Shown here piece after piece: positions 18,688 through 30,206 of a stretch of DNA of 47,477 nucleotides. The stretch covers positions 1-47,477 of the forward strand of contig CAZLHV010000001.1 in NCBI GenBank assembly GCA_964559205.1, in the 5' to 3' direction. Every line of letters starts with the position of its first letter. The stretch's first letter is position 1. The position numbers and the translations under genes are program-made. The notes under the pieces were generated by a model. The model saw only the letters and a list, made by a program, of their open reading frames with translations. It did not search any database and was not told the DNA's origin. The DNA comes from an uncultured Bacteroidaceae bacterium (GTDB taxonomy: Bacteria > Bacteroidota > Bacteroidia > Bacteroidales > DTU049).

Positions 18688-19356
18688 ATGAAAACTTTTG
18701 TGCTTTTGTTTTTCGGGATGGTCCTGGCCGGATTATCACAAGCTCAGGTGAACACATACAGCACCCTGGGTTCCGATTTCATCTGGTCCTATGCCAATCT
18801 TGAAACCACCGGCAGTTCACCGCAGTTAAGTCCGCGATTCAGCGGCTGGTTTCATTTATCTGAAACCTTCCATATTGATCTGGCTGACCATTTTGGCTTT
18901 TTCACCGGAATTGGGGTAACCAATATTGGTTTCATCGCCGAATACACAGATACTTTGAATGTTAAGAAGAAATATCGGACTTATAATCTGGGTGTTCCTG
19001 TAGGATTTAAGGTTGGCGATATGTACAGTGATGAGCCCTTGTTTTTCTTTGCAGGGGCTTCAATCGATGCGGCGTTTCATTATAAGGAAAAGACGTTTAT
19101 CAACGATAAAAAAATTGATAAAATGTCGGAATGGATGAGCAACAGGGTGAATATTCTACAGCCATCCTTCTTTATTGGATTTGCCCTCAGGAATAAATCG
19201 GCCGTGAAAATTCAGTATTATTTCATGGATTATATGAATACTGGTTTTACTGAGACCGTTGGCGCCGTGCAAACGAAACCCTATGACCATCTTATCCATT
19301 CAAATTTGATTCTGATCAGTTACGGAACCAGCATTACAGGCGTTAAAGATTTTTAA
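18688..19356 (+). CDS. Putative outer-membrane beta-barrel protein
   Basis: 222 aa with a signal peptide, alternating aromatic/hydrophobic strands and a C-terminal Phe. It starts 3 nt after the preceding gene. Confidence 0.5.
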   Translation: MKTFVLLFFGMVLAGLSQAQVNTYSTLGSDFIWSYANLETTGSSPQLSPRFSGWFHLSETFHIDLADHFGFFTGIGVTNIGFIAEYTDTLNVKKKYRTYNLGVPVGFKVGDMYSDEPLFFFAGASIDAAFHYKEKTFINDKKIDKMSEWMSNRVNILQPSFFIGFALRNKSAVKIQYYFMDYMNTGFTETVGAVQTKPYDHLIHSNLILISYGTSITGVKDF

Positions 19357-19359
19357 TAT

Positions 19360-20064
19360 ATGAAAACCAGCGATTTAGTTTTTGCAGGAATTTTTATTCT
19401 GATTTTTGCACCATTTTTTCTGTTTTCCGAAGCCTATACTTGGTTTAAAACCATGACCGCCGAATATGGGCTATGGATGAGTTTTATAAAGTTTGCCATT
19501 CTGGCTACATTGGGCGAATGCCTTGGGTTAAGAATTAAAACAGGCCGGTATTTTTATGCCGGTTTTGGGGTGCTGCCACGGGCAATGGTTTGGGGATTTC
19601 TTGGCTTATTTATCTTTATTGCCTTTATGGTTTTTAAAACCGGAATCCCTGTTTTTGTTGAAGCTATGGGACTTGATGGAGCCGTTTTGTCAATGAAAGG
19701 CGATTTTACAACCACGAAGCTACTTACTTCGTTTGCGATAAGTTTCTTTCTGAACCTGATTTTTGCTCCGCCCATGATGACCTTTCATAAAATCACAGAT
19801 ACCCATATTGAAAAGAATGGAGGTAAAGTGACTTCATTGTTGAAATGCATCAAAATGGGTGAGATCATGCAGGGCATTAACTGGAATGTCCAGTGGGGAT
19901 TTGTTTTTAAGCGCACCATCCCTTTTTTCTGGATTCCGGCTCACACCATCACTTTTCTTCTGCCCGCTGAATTTCAGGTGCTGTTTGCAGCATTGCTTGG
20001 TGTGGCCTTGGGGGTCATTCTTGCAGTAGCCAGCCAAATGAATGCTCCAGGCAAGAGCCATTAA
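19360..20064 (+). CDS. Integral membrane protein, function unknown
   Basis: 234 aa with about 6 hydrophobic helices. It starts 3 nt after the preceding gene. Confidence 0.55.
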   Translation: MKTSDLVFAGIFILIFAPFFLFSEAYTWFKTMTAEYGLWMSFIKFAILATLGECLGLRIKTGRYFYAGFGVLPRAMVWGFLGLFIFIAFMVFKTGIPVFVEAMGLDGAVLSMKGDFTTTKLLTSFAISFFLNLIFAPPMMTFHKITDTHIEKNGGKVTSLLKCIKMGEIMQGINWNVQWGFVFKRTIPFFWIPAHTITFLLPAEFQVLFAALLGVALGVILAVASQMNAPGKSH

Positions 20065-20170
20065 TAAGATGGAAAAAATGTAAATCATTGTTCTTTTGAT
20101 GGCTTTGATTCCTGATGGTGATGTTTTAGCACAGTAATATTCTCGCTGCACTTGGTGTGGATAAATCATA

Positions 20171-20205
20171 AAAGAGGCAGAACTTGATTAAGTTCTGCCT
20201 CTTTT
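20171..20205. terminator. Bidirectional terminator hairpin between convergent genes
   Basis: AAA-AGAGGCAGAACTT-GATT-AAGTTCTGCCTCT-TTT: a perfect 13-bp stem flanked by A and T runs, between the stop at 20064 (+) and the yidC stop at 20248 (-). Confidence 0.8.
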
Positions 20206-20247
20206 ATTGTCAGCGAGTAATAAACATCGCTCCTATACAGAATAGCA

Positions 20248-22203
20248 TTATTTACGGGGCTGAATGCCACGAGCTTTTGCAGCCTCTTCAAGCCTCTTTT
20301 GCCAGTTCGATTTCTTTACGGGTTTTTTCTTGTTGTCTTCGATCTGAGCACGGAGCTTTTTCTCGTCCATAAAATACCTGATGGCAAAAATCTGTGCAAA
20401 TGTGATCAGGTTTGCCAGCAAATAATAATAGGAAAGGCCAGAAGAATAACTGTTGAAGAATCCAAGGAACATGATCGGCATGAGATACATGATGGTTTTC
20501 ATTCCGGGCATGCTGTTGGCCGATCCCATCATGCGGTCATTGAGTCTGGTGTAAATTATGGTGGAAATGGTCATCAGAAGCGTGAACAAACTTACATGAT
20601 CGCCATAAAAGGGGATAGAAAACCCGAGATCAAGAACAGAGTCATAGCTTGAAAGGTCATCGGCCCAAAGAAACGATTGTTGCCTGAGTTCAATAGAAGC
20701 CGGGAAGAAGCGGAACATGGCGATGAGGATAGGGAATTGCAGCAGCATGGGAATACAGCCGGAAAGTGGACTGACGCCAGCTTTTTTATAAAGCTCCATG
20801 GTGGCGCTTTGTTTTTTCATGGCATCTTCCTTTTTGGGATATTTCTTGCCAATTTCATCGATTTCCGGCTTAAGTATCCTCATTTTGGCAGAGCTTTTAT
20901 ATGTCCGCATGGCAATGGGGAACAGAACGATTTTCAGAAGAATGGTCAGAATGAGGATAATGATACCATAATTAAGGGCATATCCTTCGAGCCAGTTGAA
21001 AACAGGAATGACTGCAAAGCGGTTGATCCAGGCCAGGGGGGCAAAGCTCCATCCGAGCGGAATCTGCCGTTCAAGCGACAGATCGTAATTGCGAAGTATG
21101 GCGTATTTATTTGGCCCGGTGTAGTAGGTAAAACCAAGGCTGCTGTCCTGAGCCATGTTGTATTCAACAATCATGCTGGCCTGCATGGTTTTCAGATAAG
21201 TGCTGTCGTCGATTTCACGGGTATACGCCTTCAGCTTTCCCTCAGAAAAATTCTTGTCAGCAATAAGCGAAGTGGAGAAAAACTGTTGTTTGAACGAAAC
21301 CCATTTCAGCGCATATTTAAGATCTTCCTCATCGTCGCTGGTCTCAGACAGATAATCGACATCCTCTTCAGCATCACAATAATAAACCGTGCTTGAATTC
21401 CGTTCGTTATCGATACTCTTCTCGTTTCGGCTCATATCGGCATTCCACTCGATGGTCATAAAGTTGGTGCCGCTGCCTATAATGTTGTTGCGGTTGATGA
21501 AATCAACATGAAAACCAAAGTCATAGGTGCTTTTGTTAAAAACATAGCGGAAAACTATGGCTCCTGTTTCTTTGCCTGTGTCATTAGCGGCAATTGCTTT
21601 AAAAGAGAATGTAATCGAATCCCCGTCGATGCTTGTGATTGCCCCTGGTTTCAGATCCTTGTTTTCAGGAACGAAATACAGGTTTGCAGTATTGACCGAA
21701 GGACCGGTTGATTGGAAAACAATGCCGAAGTGGTTGTTGTCGTCCTGATAGAGCAAAAGGGGCTTTTTGTCATAGGTAAGATAGTCTTTCAATTCTACCT
21801 GTTTAATGACGGCACCTTTGCTGGCTATTTTTACCTTTAACAGTTCGTTTTCGATAATATAGAAGGTGTCGGTGCCCGTCATGGACTGATAAAACAACCC
21901 ATCTTTACTGAAACTAAAGGGAGCAAGAGTGTCGGTGTTCAGGCTGTCGCTTCCCGGCACCGCCGAGATAGCTTGCCCTTTTTTTTCTGTTGAAGCAACG
22001 ACCACTTTGTTGCTGTCGGCATTTTTCAGTGAGTCGTTCAGTGCGACATTCCTGAGTGAATCCTGCTTTTTGGTAGCAGCAGCAATAGAATCCTTTTTTG
22101 CCTTTTCCTGAGCAACTTCCTCCTTCGAGGGAGCATTGAGTATCGAAAATCCGATCAGGATTCCGAAAATGAGCACAAATCCTAAAATCTGGTTGTATTT
22201 CAT
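20248..22203 (-). CDS. yidC: Membrane protein insertase YidC (long Bacteroidota form)
   Basis: 651 aa with an N-terminal TM, a large periplasmic domain and the conserved C-terminal 5-TM core (ILLKIVLFPI, GCIPMLLQFPILIAMF). It lies next to pyrG, as is common in this phylum. Confidence 0.88.
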   Translation of the reverse strand: MKYNQILGFVLIFGILIGFSILNAPSKEEVAQEKAKKDSIAAATKKQDSLRNVALNDSLKNADSNKVVVASTEKKGQAISAVPGSDSLNTDTLAPFSFSKDGLFYQSMTGTDTFYIIENELLKVKIASKGAVIKQVELKDYLTYDKKPLLLYQDDNNHFGIVFQSTGPSVNTANLYFVPENKDLKPGAITSIDGDSITFSFKAIAANDTGKETGAIVFRYVFNKSTYDFGFHVDFINRNNIIGSGTNFMTIEWNADMSRNEKSIDNERNSSTVYYCDAEEDVDYLSETSDDEEDLKYALKWVSFKQQFFSTSLIADKNFSEGKLKAYTREIDDSTYLKTMQASMIVEYNMAQDSSLGFTYYTGPNKYAILRNYDLSLERQIPLGWSFAPLAWINRFAVIPVFNWLEGYALNYGIIILILTILLKIVLFPIAMRTYKSSAKMRILKPEIDEIGKKYPKKEDAMKKQSATMELYKKAGVSPLSGCIPMLLQFPILIAMFRFFPASIELRQQSFLWADDLSSYDSVLDLGFSIPFYGDHVSLFTLLMTISTIIYTRLNDRMMGSANSMPGMKTIMYLMPIMFLGFFNSYSSGLSYYYLLANLITFAQIFAIRYFMDEKKLRAQIEDNKKKPVKKSNWQKRLEEAAKARGIQPRK

Positions 22204-22248
22204 GAAATCTGTTTGAAATGGGGTGCAAAGGTAATGATTTGCACCGAA

Positions 22249-23928
<1,680 letters not shown>

Positions 23929-23965
23929 TCATTCATTCGGCTCCTGTTGCATCCCCGTGTCCTGA

Positions 23966-26899
23966 TTATTTTAGGGCGTCAAACAGAATCTCGATGGGAT
24001 GCAGTGCCTCTTTATTTGCACCATCTTTGATCTGATGACGGCAGCTGGTGCCTGAAGCAGCAATGATGGTTCCTTTGGCTGCATTCCGGACAGCAGGCAG
24101 CAACACCAGTTCGCCAACTTTCATGCTCAGATCGAAGTGTTCCTTCTCGAAACCAAACGATCCGGCCATTCCGCAGCAACCCGAAGGAATTTCCTCGACC
24201 GTAAAATGTGCCGGAATGCTCAGCATCTCGCGGGTGACAGCTGTTCCAAGCAGCGATTTTTGCTGGCAATGTCCGTGGTATAAAATGGATTTGCTGTCGT
24301 CGGTGAATTGTTGCTGAAGAATATTCCCTTTTTTAAACTCGCTGACGATGAATTCATCGATCAGCATGGTGTTCGGTGCGAGCACTTTCGCTTTTTCGCG
24401 AAGCTGCGGGCTGCATAATTCGGGATACTCGTCGCGGAAACCAAGAATGGCCGAGGGTTCAATACCAATCAATGGTTTTTCGGACGAAATCTTCGCGGCA
24501 AGGCTGTTGATGTTCTGGTCGATGATGGTTCTGGCGCGCTTAAGCAAACCTTTCGAAATGAAGGTTCTGGCACTGAGCCCATGAGCGGGAAGTTCTACCC
24601 GATAGCCCAGTGCGCATAGCAGGCTGATGGCCTTGATTCCAATGTGGAGGTCATTCAGGTTGGTAAATTCATCCACAAAAACATGTACGGTTCCACGATG
24701 ACCCGTGAGTTTGTTCAGTTCGGGCAACTGTTTTTTTGCCCAGCGCCTGAGTGATTTGCCATGCAGTTCGGGCAGGCTTCGTCCGGTGGCAAAACCCAGC
24801 ATCTTTTTTATGGGCCACGAAAGCTCGCGGCTGCGGGCAAAGAGATTATATATTCTGCTGAAAGGCAGCGCCATGCGGTTGATATGATCAATATAGGCAA
24901 TGGCTCTGGTGCGGATGCGAACCGAATGATTTTCGTACCAGTGCTGCAAAAATTCGGTCTTATACTTTGCCATGTCTACCGACGACGGGCATTCCGATTT
25001 ACACAGTTTGCATCCCAGACACAGGTCCAGTATTTCGTATATTTCGGGGTGATCGAAAGGATTCTTTTTTGAGCTGTTGGTGAGAAATTCGCGCAGAATA
25101 TTTGCCCGTGCACGGGTGGTATTTTTTTCATCAAGAGTGGCCTGATAGCTCGGGCACATGCCTCCCTGAGCCAGATGAGGCTTGCGGCAGTCTCCCGATC
25201 CGTTGCATTTTTCGACAGCACGCAGCATTCCATGATCATGAGTGTAATCGTACCATGTGTCGATTTCTCTCACCGCTTTTCCGGGTTCAAAGCGCAGTGA
25301 GGTATTCATGGGAGGCGTGTCGGTGATTTTCCCCTGATTGAAAATGCCTTTCGGATCCCAGGTCTTTTTAATTTTTTCCAGGAGCGAATAGTTTTCATCA
25401 CCGATCATGAGCGGAATAAATTCTCCGCGCAGGCGTCCGTCGCCATGCTCGCCACTGAGTGAGCCGCGGTATTTTTTTACCAACCGGGCTGTTTCAAGGG
25501 CAATGGTATGAAACATCATCACATCGTTCGGGTCACGCAAATTAAGAATGGGTCTCAAATGCAGCTCCCCGGTAGCGATGTGCGCATAATACACGCATGA
25601 AAGATTGAAGCGTTTAAGCAATTCGGCAAAATCGGCCATATATTCAGGCAGAACAGCCGGATTGACTGCCGTGTCTTCGATCACGGGAACAGGCTTGGCA
25701 TCGCCGGGCATATTACTCAGTACGCCCAGCCCTGCTTTTCGCAGCTCCCAAACCTTTTTAATATTGGCACCGGTTACCAGCGGAAAATGGTAGCCGTAAC
25801 CGGCGGTACGCATAGCCTTTTCCATGGCGGCAGCTTTCTGCATAATGGCTTCCTGCGTGGGTTCTGCAAATTCTGCAATCAGAATGGCTGCCGGGTCCCC
25901 TTCAACGAAAAAGCGATTTTTATTCTGATTAATATTTTCTTTTGTGAGATCAAGAATGGCTTTATCCATCAGCTCGACCGAAACCGGACCATGCTCCAGC
26001 GCAATCAGATTGGCCTTGAACGATTCTTCGAGCGTGTGGCAGTGTACACAAACCAGCGCCTTTTCTTTAGGCGGCAGCGGAACCAGGTTGAGCTTTATTT
26101 CAGTCATCAGGGCCAGTGTGCCTTCTGAACCGGTGAGCAATTTGCACACATTGATGGGTTCGCCTCCCGAAAAGGGCTCAGCTTCAAGCAGCAAGTCGAT
26201 GGCATATCCGGTATTGCGTCGTTTAACGGCCGGATCGGGATACTCGCGGCGGATATTTTCCTGATTCCTTGCATCAGACAAAATTTCGCGAAGATTTCTG
26301 TATATGGCGCCTTCAAGCGTGTCGAGGGTGATTTTATCGCGGTACTCTTCGCGGCTCAATGTTTTAAATTCGGCATCACTTCCGTCGCTCAGGATGGCTT
26401 TTATCTCAAGAACATGTTCTCTCGTTGAACCATACACCAGACTGTGTGCACCACACGAATTATTGCCAACCATTCCGCCAATGTTGCATCGCGACGAAGT
26501 GCTGGTTTCCGGACCAAAAAACAACCCGTATTTCGCCATTTCGCGGTTGAGCTCATCGAGTATCACTCCGGGCTGAACCCGAACCCAGTGCTCGTCTTGG
26601 TTAACTTCGAGAATCTGGGTGAAATGCTTCGACATATCCACCACCAGGCCGTTGCCTACCACCTGACCTGCCAGCGAAGTGCCAGCAGCACGCGGTATCA
26701 GGGTAATGTTGTTGTCGGATGCAAAACGTATAAGCGTTTTTAGATCTTCATGGGTTGACGGATAAACCACACCCAATGGCAGCTCGCGGTATGCCGACGC
26801 ATCGGTCGCATACAACAGGTGGTGAAGGTGATCAGTACAAATTTGTCCATCAAAAACTGCTTGCAGTTTTTTTAGTTGGGGAAAAATATCCTGTGGCAT
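23966..26899 (-). CDS. FAD-binding and (Fe-S)-binding oxidoreductase (YdiJ-like 2-hydroxyacid dehydrogenase fusion)
   Basis: 977 aa with an N-terminal FAD_binding_4/GlcD-like domain (PRAAGTSLAGQ). The central ferredoxin-type clusters are CNGSGDCRK...C and CLGCKLCKSECP. The C-terminus has CCG-type Cys-rich repeats (CCGMAGSFG). Confidence 0.75.
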   Translation of the reverse strand: MPQDIFPQLKKLQAVFDGQICTDHLHHLLYATDASAYRELPLGVVYPSTHEDLKTLIRFASDNNITLIPRAAGTSLAGQVVGNGLVVDMSKHFTQILEVNQDEHWVRVQPGVILDELNREMAKYGLFFGPETSTSSRCNIGGMVGNNSCGAHSLVYGSTREHVLEIKAILSDGSDAEFKTLSREEYRDKITLDTLEGAIYRNLREILSDARNQENIRREYPDPAVKRRNTGYAIDLLLEAEPFSGGEPINVCKLLTGSEGTLALMTEIKLNLVPLPPKEKALVCVHCHTLEESFKANLIALEHGPVSVELMDKAILDLTKENINQNKNRFFVEGDPAAILIAEFAEPTQEAIMQKAAAMEKAMRTAGYGYHFPLVTGANIKKVWELRKAGLGVLSNMPGDAKPVPVIEDTAVNPAVLPEYMADFAELLKRFNLSCVYYAHIATGELHLRPILNLRDPNDVMMFHTIALETARLVKKYRGSLSGEHGDGRLRGEFIPLMIGDENYSLLEKIKKTWDPKGIFNQGKITDTPPMNTSLRFEPGKAVREIDTWYDYTHDHGMLRAVEKCNGSGDCRKPHLAQGGMCPSYQATLDEKNTTRARANILREFLTNSSKKNPFDHPEIYEILDLCLGCKLCKSECPSSVDMAKYKTEFLQHWYENHSVRIRTRAIAYIDHINRMALPFSRIYNLFARSRELSWPIKKMLGFATGRSLPELHGKSLRRWAKKQLPELNKLTGHRGTVHVFVDEFTNLNDLHIGIKAISLLCALGYRVELPAHGLSARTFISKGLLKRARTIIDQNINSLAAKISSEKPLIGIEPSAILGFRDEYPELCSPQLREKAKVLAPNTMLIDEFIVSEFKKGNILQQQFTDDSKSILYHGHCQQKSLLGTAVTREMLSIPAHFTVEEIPSGCCGMAGSFGFEKEHFDLSMKVGELVLLPAVRNAAKGTIIAASGTSCRHQIKDGANKEALHPIEILFDALK

Positions 26900-27360
26900 G
26901 GAGGAAGTTCTTTTTCAAGGCCAAAAGTAAGAATAATTGAGTAATCAGAGGTTTATCTTTACTCCTCCGCGAATGCCAATGCTGCTAAATGATTGATTGT
27001 ATTGAAGCGATTTTGTTGGCTCATTTGCACTTTGATGATCACTGTCAGCAAAGGATTCGACATAATCAATTTCTTTTTCACTGTCGGTCTTGCATTCGTT
27101 GCGTTATTCGGAGCCCCGTTTTTTGCGGTATACACTCTCTTTTTGTGAGAACCCTTCATGAACTGAGTGTTCGACACAGCAATAAGGCTGAGTTTATTTG
27201 CCTAAGGCTGCCAAAAAACAATAGACACAGTAGTATTGCGCTATTCATACTGTTAATTTATTACAAAAATTGATTTTGGACTTATTAACATGTAAATTTT
27301 TTTTCTGACATAAGTTAATATAGAAAAAGTAGTAGCTTTATGCCTTAAAAGAACCCATCT

Positions 27361-28980
27361 ATGAAAAAAATTGTTGTGTTGATTGCTTTGATTTTCAGCC
27401 TGAATATCACGGCTGCAATTGCTCAGACAATGAAGGCCACATCAAATGTGCAGTCGGTTACCGTCTATATGTTGGGAGCCGAGCTTCATTCCACCGCAGT
27501 GGTGATCCTGCCAAAAGGGAAAAGCACGGTTGTTTTTAGCGGACTGAGCCCTCAGCTCAATCCGGGAAGCATCCGATTCAGTGTTGCCGCAGGCGATGCC
27601 ACTATTCTGAGTGTGAGCTCAAGAACAAATTATCTTAGCGTTCAGAACGATAACAAGCAAATCGGGCAGCTGAAAGATTCGGTTGAGCTGATACGCGACC
27701 AGCTTTCACGCATTGCGATGAGCCGTGAGACATATGTTAAGGAAAAGGATCTCCTGTTCAAAAACCAAAGCATTGGGGGTACCGAAAACGGAGTGAAAGT
27801 GGAAGAAATTCAGCGCTCTGCCGATTTTTTCAGGCAACGCAGTAACGAAATCAATGACCTGATGTTCGATCTGAACAAAAAGGAAGCACGGCTTCGCGAA
27901 ACCATGAGCCGTCTTGAACAGGAGTTGAGCGAATTGAACGCACAGTACAACCCACCTTCATCCGAAATCGAAATTATTGTCATGAACCAGCGCGAAGGTC
28001 AGGTGGGTTTCGACTTTTCGTACATGGTCAATGGTTGTGGCTGGGCTCCAAAGTACGATATCAGAGCAAGCGGGAATGACAAGCCCATTCAGCTGGTTTA
28101 CAGAGCAAACCTGTTTAATAATTCAGGGGTGGACTGGAACGATGTAAAACTCACACTTTCAACAGCTGAGCCGGGAAAGAGCGCCAATAAGCCCACCCTC
28201 GATAAATGGGCCTTAAATTATGGATCTGATGTCAACGATGGCTTTGTCTCTAATGAGTTGAATATGGATCAGCGCGTGACAATTAATCATCAACAGGCTC
28301 CAGCCGGGGCAATTGCTGGATATGAAACCATCAGGGTGGATGAGCTGAGTCAGGAGTTTGAAATTGCTGTTCCATACACCATTCTATCGGATTCAAAGGC
28401 TTATACAGTCGAAGTCAATTCGTTTGATCTGCCTGCGATTTTTGAATACTCAGCCGTTCCGAAAATGGACCGCGATGCCTTCTTGGTTGCCCGCATCACC
28501 GACTGGAATAAACTGAATCTTGTCAGTGGCCACGCTTCCATTTTTTATGCCGGAACTTATGTAGGTCAAAGCTTTATCAACACAGCCACGGTGGCCGACA
28601 CCATGACCATTTCGCTTGGTCGCGACAAGCGTATTGTCATCAAGCGGGTGGAAAAAATGGAAGAATCCAAAACACAGGTGGTCGGCAGTTCTGTTAAAGA
28701 GACTTTTATGTATGAAATTGTGCTTCGCAACAACAAAGAAACCGCTGTGTCCATCACCATTCAGGATCAGGTTCCTGTGTCCCAGAACAGCGACATTACG
28801 GTTGAAACCATCAGCGTTTCGGGTGGTGTGATTGAGCCCCTGAGCGGGATCATCACCTGGAAGCTTACGCTGCAGCCCGGTGAAACGAAATCTTTGATTC
28901 TGCATTACTCCATCAAGTATCCCAAGAATCAAAAAATTGAAAGGAAACGAGTTCGATCGATTAATTGTCCAAGTTTTTAA
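27361..28980 (+). CDS. DUF4139-like (MuiA-family) secreted protein
   Basis: 539 aa with a signal peptide, a central coiled-coil and a C-terminal beta-rich region. The overall layout resembles the DUF4139/TIGR02231 family. This call is from memory only. Confidence 0.45.
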   Translation: MKKIVVLIALIFSLNITAAIAQTMKATSNVQSVTVYMLGAELHSTAVVILPKGKSTVVFSGLSPQLNPGSIRFSVAAGDATILSVSSRTNYLSVQNDNKQIGQLKDSVELIRDQLSRIAMSRETYVKEKDLLFKNQSIGGTENGVKVEEIQRSADFFRQRSNEINDLMFDLNKKEARLRETMSRLEQELSELNAQYNPPSSEIEIIVMNQREGQVGFDFSYMVNGCGWAPKYDIRASGNDKPIQLVYRANLFNNSGVDWNDVKLTLSTAEPGKSANKPTLDKWALNYGSDVNDGFVSNELNMDQRVTINHQQAPAGAIAGYETIRVDELSQEFEIAVPYTILSDSKAYTVEVNSFDLPAIFEYSAVPKMDRDAFLVARITDWNKLNLVSGHASIFYAGTYVGQSFINTATVADTMTISLGRDKRIVIKRVEKMEESKTQVVGSSVKETFMYEIVLRNNKETAVSITIQDQVPVSQNSDITVETISVSGGVIEPLSGIITWKLTLQPGETKSLILHYSIKYPKNQKIERKRVRSINCPSF

Positions 28981-29004
28981 GGAATAACGAATAAATCAAA
29001 AAAA

Positions 29005-30201
29005 ATGAAAGCAATTTTAATTTCAACTGTTTTGGCCATCATTTCAATTGGGTTGAACGCCCAAACCGCCACATCGGTTGCCAACGGTTCGTGGAACATG
29101 CCAACAACATGGGATTGCAACTGTGTTCCGACGCCTGGTTACACCGTTATCATCAATCATGATGTGACACTATCTTCGGACTGGGCCATTTCTTCAGGAT
29201 CCATTACCATTGGAGATTCAGGAATTCTCGATGACGACGGCGGTGGCTTTGGAATGCTTATCAACAGCGGCGGAACGCTAAATGTGGCAGGATCTTTTAC
29301 CATGGCAAAGCTGGCTGTTATGGGTGGAACCATTACCAACACAGGCATTATTACCGATCTCGACAGTCTGTATCTTGATGCTGCATTTGAAAATTTTGGT
29401 GCTGTTGAATCTTCGAATCTCTACAACGCAGGGCATATGACAAATGAAGACATCATCAACACGACGAATTTTTACAACAACGGAGGTATGCTCAATTATT
29501 CAGGTATCAATTCCATGAACTTCACCAATGCCGATACCTGCGAGAATTACGGTGAGTTGTTTATCGATGACTTTACCAACATGGGATATGTAAACAATAA
29601 ATATCGGTTCATCGGGACGGGTGATTTTCTCAATATGGGCGAGTTTTATAATGTGACGGATACTGCTTACGTGCTTACAAATGATATTCTCAACAAGGAT
29701 TCGGTGAATCACGATGCTATATTGCTGAATTGGGGAAGCATTTTTGCCGGTAATAATTTTGTCAATTATGATCTGGTAACCGGAAATGCCAACGGATTTT
29801 TTTGCACAGGTAATTACACCGCAAATTATGGTAATATGGTAGGTGATTTTACTTTCGACGACAATACTCCGCCTGCCACCGTGCCTTATATTGATTACAA
29901 CTCGGGCACACTTGATCCACTGATAGTGTGGATTGCTGACTGGTGTTTCGAAGGTATTCTCGAAACTTCTGAGAAAACCATACAACTGTATCCCAATCCG
30001 GTGAGCGATATGCTGTATGTGAGCGGTGTGCAGGAAGGTCAGCTGTGGAAAATCTTAACTATCAGCGGAACGCTTGTTATGAGCGGCCGCAGTGATGATG
30101 GTGATTTTACAATAGGTGTCAGCCAGCTGCCCGCAGGAACCTACATGATTTCGGTTTATCAAGGAATGGATCGTCAGTGCAGGATTTTTACCATTGAATA
30201 A
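29005..30201 (+). CDS. T9SS C-terminal sorting domain protein with Asn/Gly-rich beta-helix-like repeats
   Basis: 398 aa with a signal peptide and repeated xNxGxxxNxxxFxN units. The C-terminal 75 aa (LYPNPVSDMLYVSG...GTYMISVYQG) match the Por secretion tail pattern. Confidence 0.75.
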   Translation: MKAILISTVLAIISIGLNAQTATSVANGSWNMPTTWDCNCVPTPGYTVIINHDVTLSSDWAISSGSITIGDSGILDDDGGGFGMLINSGGTLNVAGSFTMAKLAVMGGTITNTGIITDLDSLYLDAAFENFGAVESSNLYNAGHMTNEDIINTTNFYNNGGMLNYSGINSMNFTNADTCENYGELFIDDFTNMGYVNNKYRFIGTGDFLNMGEFYNVTDTAYVLTNDILNKDSVNHDAILLNWGSIFAGNNFVNYDLVTGNANGFFCTGNYTANYGNMVGDFTFDDNTPPATVPYIDYNSGTLDPLIVWIADWCFEGILETSEKTIQLYPNPVSDMLYVSGVQEGQLWKILTISGTLVMSGRSDDGDFTIGVSQLPAGTYMISVYQGMDRQCRIFTIE

Positions 30202-30206
30202 GAAAT

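Noticed and set aside
20677-21396. 239-aa plus-strand ORF (and the similar nested ORFs at 14509-15066, 22264-22818, 28450-28932, 29500-29985, 30918-31574 and 32271-32876)
   Set aside because: All are fully nested antisense or out of frame within longer ORFs that carry recognisable family motifs. None has motifs of its own.
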